A stretch of DNA of 64,000 bases from Deltaproteobacteria bacterium (lineage in GTDB: Bacteria; Myxococcota_A; Polyangia; Fen-1088): contig JANRKS010000001.1 of assembly GCA_033763315.1 (NCBI GenBank), positions 96,001 to 160,000 on the forward strand, read 5' to 3'. Below the pieces are notes generated by a model that saw only the letters and a list, made by a program, of their open reading frames with translations, did not search any database and was not told where the DNA came from. Position 1 is the stretch's first letter, and each line of letters opens with the position of its first letter. The position numbers and the translations under genes were made by a program. Positions 57,898 to 64,000 of the stretch are shown here, in pieces.

Positions 57898-58587
57898 ATG
57901 CGTTTGCGCTGGGTGTGGCTTTTGGTCGTCACGATGTTTGCGCCACCGGCGCGTGGCGCGGATGGTGGCGCGGATCCCGAGGTCAACAAGACGTTCACCG
58001 ATCCCGCTTTGAAGGTGGATGAGTGGGTATCGAAATTCGAGATCGAATCGCGTGAGGTCTATAAGTTTCGCCAGCGCCTTGTGGCCACAGCCCGTGTGAA
58101 AAAAGGCATGGCGGTGGCCGACGTGGGGGCAGGAACAGGGCTGTTCACGTTCTTGTTCGCCGCGGAGGTTGGCAAACAGGGACTTGTTTATGCGGTCGAC
58201 ATTGCAAAGCCCTTCCTGGCTCACATTGCTTCGGTGGCCAAGAGCCGAGGCCTGCCGCAGGTCAAGCCGATCGAAGGTGGATTCGATTCACCTCGTTTGC
58301 CGGAACACAGCGTGGACCGCATCTTCATTTGCGACACCTATCACCACTTCGAACACCCGAGCCTGATGTTGACGGCGCTTTCACGCGCGCTGCGCCCAGG
58401 GGGCGAGTTGGTGCTGGTTGATTTCAAACGTGACGAGGCTAAAAGCTCGGCGTGGACCTTGAAGCACGTGCGCGCCGGCGAAGCGGAAGTGATCAAAGAA
58501 TTCGCTCAAGCGGGCTTTGTCGTGAGCCGGCGTGAGAACTTCTTAACGGACAATTACGTCCTCGTGTTCAAGCCGCGCGCGAACTGA
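57898..58587 (+). CDS. class I SAM methyltransferase with signal peptide
   Basis: VADVGAGTG, YAVDI, TYHHF, LRPGG. Confidence 0.9.
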   Translation: MRLRWVWLLVVTMFAPPARGADGGADPEVNKTFTDPALKVDEWVSKFEIESREVYKFRQRLVATARVKKGMAVADVGAGTGLFTFLFAAEVGKQGLVYAVDIAKPFLAHIASVAKSRGLPQVKPIEGGFDSPRLPEHSVDRIFICDTYHHFEHPSLMLTALSRALRPGGELVLVDFKRDEAKSSAWTLKHVRAGEAEVIKEFAQAGFVVSRRENFLTDNYVLVFKPRAN

Positions 58588-58692
58588 TTACGTTACGTCG
58601 ACCCTACGGCAGTCACGACAGTTGCCTTGTGTGCTTCTGCGGTTACCGCGAGAACGCATCGGATGTGAACGAGTTTCATCGGCAACAGCCGT

Positions 58693-58708
58693 TGGCGTGA
58701 GGGTTGCA
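58693..58708 (+). promoter_or_regulatory. sigma54 promoter
   Basis: TGGCGT-GAGGG-TTGCA; predicted +1 near 58719, 3 nt before the ATG. Confidence 0.6.
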
Positions 58709-58721
58709 GTCTCGTGCCCGT

Positions 58722-59927
58722 ATGAAAAAGCGGATGTTGGTTGCGGTGTTGGCGTTGGGGCTCATAGGTTGTGATGATGAGGCCGATGACGGCGTGGACG
58801 CGGGACTGGCGGACGCGGGCATAGACGCTCCTTTGGGGAGCGACGCGCGCGACGGCGGCTCTGATGCGAATCGCGACGGTGGTGGCGACGCACGTGTCAA
58901 CGACGCGGCGGCAATCGATGCCAACACATCGGTGGATGCGTTCATGCCACCGCGCGATGGGGCAAGTGGGGATGGCAATGGTGATGGTGGTGAGGACGCA
59001 CCCGTTTTACCTTCATCGACCACAGCCATCATCACCGCGGTGGCAGGTGGGCAAATCCCGCTACAAGAAGCGACGTTGCTCGCGCTCAAGGGGTCTTTGG
59101 TCAACGACAGGGCAATCACTGTGACCGCGTCGCCCGCTCTTGCAGGCACGGCACGCCACGGCGACGTCAATGGCATGATCTACGGCATCGAGCCTGCTTC
59201 CTTGCAATTCGATGCACCGGTGCAGCTGACGATCACCGCCACAGGCGCCGTGCCGGAAGGTTCACAAGCGGCTTTGGCCCTTCTTGAACCCGGCGGTACC
59301 TGGGCGATTCTTCCCTCAACATGGAACGACAAAACGTCTCAGATCTCGGGACTCATCACCCGGGGCGGTCGTTACGCCTTGCTGCTGAGCTCCACTGTGT
59401 TTGCGTGCCCCGCGGCCACCAGGTGTGGCGGCACATTGGCTGGTGCGTATGAGTACGCTGGCGAATGTACGCGCGTCGTGGCTGCCGCACCTCCCGTTGC
59501 GTGTGGCCCCGACAACGAGGCCACTGTCACCACAACGTCGTCGCGCACCGGCAGCATTACGTTCTCGGGGCTGACGTTTGCGACGAACACCACGACCAAC
59601 CGCCGCGCCGACGTTCGCACAGACACGGCATGCACGGCTTATGGGCAAAATGCGGGAGACGCCACGTGCGGCGACCTTGCCAGCCGCTTGGTGCAGAGCA
59701 AGCTTTACACATGGAACTGCAGTGGCGACATCAACAACCGCTGTTTCTGCAGCGGATCGGTGCAGGAGCCTCAACAACTCACCGGCGCCTTTTTTACCAG
59801 TGATGGCAAGCTCACGCTCACGCCGCTTGCGGGGGCCAATGAAACCACGCAAGACTACTGCGTGGCAGGCAACACCGTGAAGGCGGGCGACGACAACATC
59901 GCGGTGACTTTGAGAAAGGCGCCCTAG
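58722..59927 (+). CDS. lipoprotein with ZU5-like and Cys-containing domains
   Basis: Lipobox LIGC; DAG/DGG acidic linker; IEPASLQFDAPVQLTI; CGGTLAGAY...DYCVAGN. Confidence 0.75.
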   Translation: MKKRMLVAVLALGLIGCDDEADDGVDAGLADAGIDAPLGSDARDGGSDANRDGGGDARVNDAAAIDANTSVDAFMPPRDGASGDGNGDGGEDAPVLPSSTTAIITAVAGGQIPLQEATLLALKGSLVNDRAITVTASPALAGTARHGDVNGMIYGIEPASLQFDAPVQLTITATGAVPEGSQAALALLEPGGTWAILPSTWNDKTSQISGLITRGGRYALLLSSTVFACPAATRCGGTLAGAYEYAGECTRVVAAAPPVACGPDNEATVTTTSSRTGSITFSGLTFATNTTTNRRADVRTDTACTAYGQNAGDATCGDLASRLVQSKLYTWNCSGDINNRCFCSGSVQEPQQLTGAFFTSDGKLTLTPLAGANETTQDYCVAGNTVKAGDDNIAVTLRKAP

Positions 59928-59929
59928 CT

Positions 59930-61006
59930 TCAATCCACCCGTACGACGCCCGCACGCGACAAACCACGTGCCGGATCCACGTCCACGACCATAAAGTGCC
60001 GGCCGATGCCGTCGAGGCGTTCGGGAATGGCGCCGCCTCCCCCTGTGATGAAGGCGGGGATGCCCGCGTTGTTGAACGCATAGAACGAATGCACGTGGCC
60101 GTAGATCGTCATGTCCACTTTGCCCAAGGCAAGCCGCGAAAGCAGCTTGCTGGCTTCGAGGCGGCTGGCAAACGCGCCATTGCGTGTGCCCACGGGATCT
60201 AAGGGCGGAATGTGCATAAACACGAAATGCAGACGATCGAGACCCTCTGCCAGCCATTCATCGAGCCAATCGTAAACCACCGGCGCCAACGTGGCGCTGG
60301 CTGAATCGAGAAGGGTGAATTGCAAGCCCGCATGCACGAAGCGGAAGTTCCCGCGGCCAAAATATTCGTGAAAGATGTCGTCACGCGTGCCGAGCTCGTG
60401 GTTGCCCAAGGTGGCGTAAAGCGGAACGCGAAGGTTCTTCATCGCGGCTTGAAATTGTTGCAGCTGTTTGTCGGTGCCCCGCCGCGTGAGATCGCCGCTG
60501 AAGACCACGAAGCGCACGCCAGGCTCCAGGTTGATGCGATCGTAAATGTCTTGCACGTCGTCGAGGCGCTCTTGTACGTCGGCCAAAACGGCAAATTGCC
60601 ACGGGGCCAGTGATGCGGCGTCAGGCGCGGACAGAAACAGCGTGTTGGCGCCTGGGGCGAGCCCTCGCAGTGCCCAGGTTTTTTCTGTGGGCACCGGCGC
60701 GGCCACAAGCGTTGTGGTGACACCGGGCGCGCGAAGTGTGGCATCAACGAGCACGTTCTCGATGCGCAGTGATGCCTCCGCCATGCCTGCAGGAACCGTG
60801 AGCGTGATCGTGAGCGATGGCGCTTGGGCCCACAGCGAAACACGGCCAGGCTCAATGGCGCGCACAGCGGCCAGGCCGTCTTGCACATCCACACGCATGG
60901 CGCCGGCTTGCAGGTGGCCAACTTGCGTGTCGCGCTGGGCGCGATCGTCGGCCACACCCACGCAGCCACAAACCAACAGCATCGACAACACAAGATAGGT
61001 TTTCAT
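59930..61006 (-). CDS. calcineurin-like metallophosphoesterase lipoprotein
   Basis: Lipobox VCGC; ADVQ, GDLT, GNHE, HIPP, GHVH. Confidence 0.9.
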   Translation of the reverse strand: MKTYLVLSMLLVCGCVGVADDRAQRDTQVGHLQAGAMRVDVQDGLAAVRAIEPGRVSLWAQAPSLTITLTVPAGMAEASLRIENVLVDATLRAPGVTTTLVAAPVPTEKTWALRGLAPGANTLFLSAPDAASLAPWQFAVLADVQERLDDVQDIYDRINLEPGVRFVVFSGDLTRRGTDKQLQQFQAAMKNLRVPLYATLGNHELGTRDDIFHEYFGRGNFRFVHAGLQFTLLDSASATLAPVVYDWLDEWLAEGLDRLHFVFMHIPPLDPVGTRNGAFASRLEASKLLSRLALGKVDMTIYGHVHSFYAFNNAGIPAFITGGGGAIPERLDGIGRHFMVVDVDPARGLSRAGVVRVD

Positions 61007-62118
61007 AGCGACACCTGCCCATAGCGATAGACCAGTGACAGCGTGCTGACGATCGCGGATCCTGCGGCAACGTCTGCCACTACGCCCCAGCGCTGCGTCA
61101 AGAACGCGCGCACGTCAGTTCCGAAGTAACCCAAGGCGCCGCTGCCCAATCCATACGTCTTGAGCCCGCCCACGAAATCATCGTGCCGGTGGTTGTAGAA
61201 CACGCGCCATTGGCCCCAACGTTGAGCGGTTTTTCCGAGGTAGAGGCCGAAAGCAAATCCCCCAAGCAAAATGGTGTTGGCAACGGTGGCATGCACATCG
61301 GGGTAACGATAGGCGCCGATGCCCACACCCGCGCTGCCCTCGATGAAGGCGCCACGCAGCGTGGGTGCAATGGTCAGCAGATCCAAGCGTGTCTGCAGCT
61401 GCGCTTGCACGCCGGTGATGCGGAAACGGCTGGGAAACGCGAGCTTTTGGCTTTCCTGGTAGCGGTGATGATACGCACCAAGCTCAAGGTCCACGAAGCT
61501 TCCCGTCGCCGCTTGTCCCGTGGCCACAGGTCCCACGAATCGATAAGCCGCGTCACCTTCCATGCGGCTGGTGTCGCCATTGGCCGCAAACCACGCCGAA
61601 GGGCAAAGGCGCCAGCGACGCGTCCACACCTGCAGCGACGTGCCCACGAGCACGCTGCCAGACAACGTTGGATCGTCCACCCACTTGACGCCTGCGGTGG
61701 CTTGCAACCACGGCATTTGTCGCAAGGGATCACCTGTGCCTCCCGCGGGCGCGAGAACGCCGTACAGATCGGCAAGCCAAGTGATGGCCAACAACCCTGC
61801 GCCCGCCATGCTGGTGAGCGCCAGGAGGCTCACCGTGTGCCGCGAGGCGCCCGTAAGCGCCAAGCCTGTGGCGCCGACCAGCAAGGCACCCACGCCCACG
61901 CCTTCCCATTTCAAAAGTGAGTACGCCGTGGCGCGGTTGCCTTGCGCGAAGTGCCCCGAGCCGTGCAAGACGAGGCCGGGCATTAGCGCGGCGGCGGCAG
62001 GCAAGGCGCGCGGCTTCTCGTGCTCAACAACGTTGGTGGGCGCCGGTGCCGGTGCGTGCGATTGGTCAGCAACAGTTTGCCCATGCAGCGTACACAGAAG
62101 CGATACAAGCCCAAGCAC
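61003..62118 (-). CDS. hypothetical outer-membrane protein
   Basis: PGLVLHGSGHF hydrophobic segment followed by beta strands; ATGA-coupled to the phosphoesterase. Confidence 0.65.
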   Translation of the reverse strand: MLGLVSLLCTLHGQTVADQSHAPAPAPTNVVEHEKPRALPAAAALMPGLVLHGSGHFAQGNRATAYSLLKWEGVGVGALLVGATGLALTGASRHTVSLLALTSMAGAGLLAITWLADLYGVLAPAGGTGDPLRQMPWLQATAGVKWVDDPTLSGSVLVGTSLQVWTRRWRLCPSAWFAANGDTSRMEGDAAYRFVGPVATGQAATGSFVDLELGAYHHRYQESQKLAFPSRFRITGVQAQLQTRLDLLTIAPTLRGAFIEGSAGVGIGAYRYPDVHATVANTILLGGFAFGLYLGKTAQRWGQWRVFYNHRHDDFVGGLKTYGLGSGALGYFGTDVRAFLTQRWGVVADVAAGSAIVSTLSLVYRYGQVSL

Positions 62119-62201
62119 GCCGTATCATAGCAAGGCCGCGTGCGATGGGGTGAAGCGGCCGGTCGCCCTTGCCACGCGCACGCATGTGTAACAGCGGCTC
62201 A

Positions 62202-64000
62202 TTACGTGGCGTGCGCGAGTTTCACCACGACGCCGGCGTCGGCGTCCACCAACACCAGATCCCCTTCGTGCAGCACCACTGTTGCCCCCGCAACGCCTAC
62301 AACGGCGGGCATGCCGCGCTCACGCGCTTGTGCGGCCACGTGATCCAACGGACCTCCGGTTTCCACCACGAACGCCGCGGCGCTAAGCAAGGGCAACTCG
62401 GTGGGCAAGATCGACTTGGCGATCAACACGGCGCCGCTGTCGTTGCAACCTTGGCCGGGCCTCAACAGTTTCACGACCCCCACCACACGGCCACCCGTGC
62501 CGTGCCCCCGCAAGCCTGTGGCAGCTTTCGTCGGCGGTGGGTTCAGCATTTGCGCAGCGTATGCCGCCCTGCCGAACGCGGCGGCTTGTCGCAGCCCCGC
62601 TGGGGTTTGCGGCTGCGCGGCTGCGTCTCGCACAAGCGGCAGTGGCACAAAGAACACATCCTCGGCTTGATCAAGAATGGCCTGAGCGGCCCAAGCCTCG
62701 CCCAACGCCAGCAGCGCGCGACGGACGGGGGCCTGCAACCGTGCATACAGCCAATCGTCGTCCTCGCCGCGCGCGGCACAGGCCAAACCGGTGGCATGCA
62801 AGACTTCGAGCTCGCTGTGCAGGCTTGCAGGAAGCGCGGCTCTGATTCGCATGATTGCAGCTTGCGCGCGCAACATTGCCACGTCGAGCCGTGGCCTCGT
62901 GGCCCCACTGTCGATGTTGCCCATGGACGTAAGCCTTACTTGTTCACGCAGCGTAGGCGCACAAACGTCCCATAGGCTGGGCTCGTCGCCAAACAGCTGC
63001 AGATAGGCGTGCCACGCGTGCGCGCGTGCTTGATCGTCGGCCGCCGTTCGAACACGTTCAAGGAAATGTTGGCGTTCAATGGCTTTTGAATTTTGTGGCT
63101 GCAGCGCCCACGGGATCTCGTTCACCGCAGCAGGCGCATGTCGGCTCACGAATGATTCGAACGCCTGGCGGCCTTGTTTAACTGCCGCGCCAATGGTGCC
63201 CACAAGTTCCGTGTAGTGCTTGCAAAACACTTCCAACGCGGCTTCCAACGCTGGCTGCGCTGATAGAGTTGCCAGGTCGGCATCAGCGCGGCTTTGCAGA
63301 TTGGTGAAGCGTTCATCAATGGCCGCGGGATCGATGGCGGGCGCAGGCCGATTGGCGCGTGGGCGGTAGAACAAGTAACCGCCAAACAATTCCTGATCGA
63401 AGCCAACGTCACACACCTGCTGGACCAGCGCCACCAGGCCTTGTTGTGCGGGAGACAGTGGCGCCGGGTTGTGGCTCACGTCCCAGATCCATTCGTCGCT
63501 CGGAGCCACGGGCGTGGCGTCTCGGCTTTGCGCGCTTGGGCGCCAGGGGGGCGCGGGCGTGGCTGGTGTGAACGGCCGCCATTGCAAATACACAAACGCC
63601 TCGCCATCGTGGACCCATTCGATTTCGCACGCGCCGTGCGCCAGCGCGAGGCCTGTGACCGCATGTTCAAGCTCGGCAGTCTGGACCGCCGACAACGTGC
63701 CGTTGCCCACCCATACCGTGACGTCGTTGTGGGCAGCCGCCGCTGCGTGCCCCCACGCCTGCCCCGCGATGAACGGATGCACCAGCACGCACACGGGGGC
63801 GTGCAGTGGCGGGCGCGTGTGCCCTTGCGCATACGCCAGCGCCGCGGGTGCCAAGGCCGAAGCCAACACCTTCCGCACCGCCGCAGGCACATCCGCCGTG
63901 TCCACGTTCACGCATGATTCGTAAACGCCCGCCGCCAGCGCGCGCGCGTTGTCTTCGCCCGCGAACGAGGAGCGCACCGCAAACGTCGTGGAACCAAAAG
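62202..64000 (-). CDS. PEP-utilising dikinase-like phosphotransferase (5' end off window)
   Basis: AVRSSFAGED..AAGVYES, EIEW..YLQWRP; C-terminal His swivel ETGGPLDHVAAQARERGMPAVVG. Confidence 0.85.
   Translation of the reverse strand, partial: FGSTTFAVRSSFAGEDNARALAAGVYESCVNVDTADVPAAVRKVLASALAPAALAYAQGHTRPPLHAPVCVLVHPFIAGQAWGHAAAAAHNDVTVWVGNGTLSAVQTAELEHAVTGLALAHGACEIEWVHDGEAFVYLQWRPFTPATPAPPWRPSAQSRDATPVAPSDEWIWDVSHNPAPLSPAQQGLVALVQQVCDVGFDQELFGGYLFYRPRANRPAPAIDPAAIDERFTNLQSRADADLATLSAQPALEAALEVFCKHYTELVGTIGAAVKQGRQAFESFVSRHAPAAVNEIPWALQPQNSKAIERQHFLERVRTAADDQARAHAWHAYLQLFGDEPSLWDVCAPTLREQVRLTSMGNIDSGATRPRLDVAMLRAQAAIMRIRAALPASLHSELEVLHATGLACAARGEDDDWLYARLQAPVRRALLALGEAWAAQAILDQAEDVFFVPLPLVRDAAAQPQTPAGLRQAAAFGRAAYAAQMLNPPPTKAATGLRGHGTGGRVVGVVKLLRPGQGCNDSGAVLIAKSILPTELPLLSAAAFVVETGGPLDHVAAQARERGMPAVVGVAGATVVLHEGDLVLVDADAGVVVKLAHAT

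Overview
GC-rich chromosomal window with a Myxococcota-like gene repertoire: MYXO-CTERM and Cys-rich lipoproteins, several sigma54 activators, Ser/Thr kinases and type IV pilins. I saw no rRNA, tRNA, CRISPR array, integrase or transposase. Main blocks: (1) 1-11 kb has PPi-PFK, a candidate sigma54-driven small RNA, a large lipoprotein, and two type IV pilin genes interleaved with two YfhO-type membrane glycosyltransferases. (2) 11-27 kb has surface proteins, a GH78 rhamnosidase, gshB, an NtrC-type regulator, a DUF2723 glycosyltransferase and carboxypeptidase M32. (3) 27-39.7 kb is an accessory stretch with five toxin-antitoxin pairs and several gene remnants. Small cassettes between 24.4 and 37.7 kb are bounded by ~40-bp direct repeats. 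(4) 40-64 kb is a signalling cluster (FHA-sigma54 activator, two Ser/Thr kinases, PP2C, PilZ) followed by lipoproteins and a PEP-utilising enzyme. The best candidate for an undescribed system is an AGTCA-N(2-4)-TGACT palindrome cluster found at matching distances upstream of two sigma54-type promoters 46 kb apart. One promoter drives an unannotated ~135-nt structured RNA; the other drives a 63-aa protein lying between an FHA-activator and a Ser/Thr kinase. All family names are from motif recognition, not database searches.
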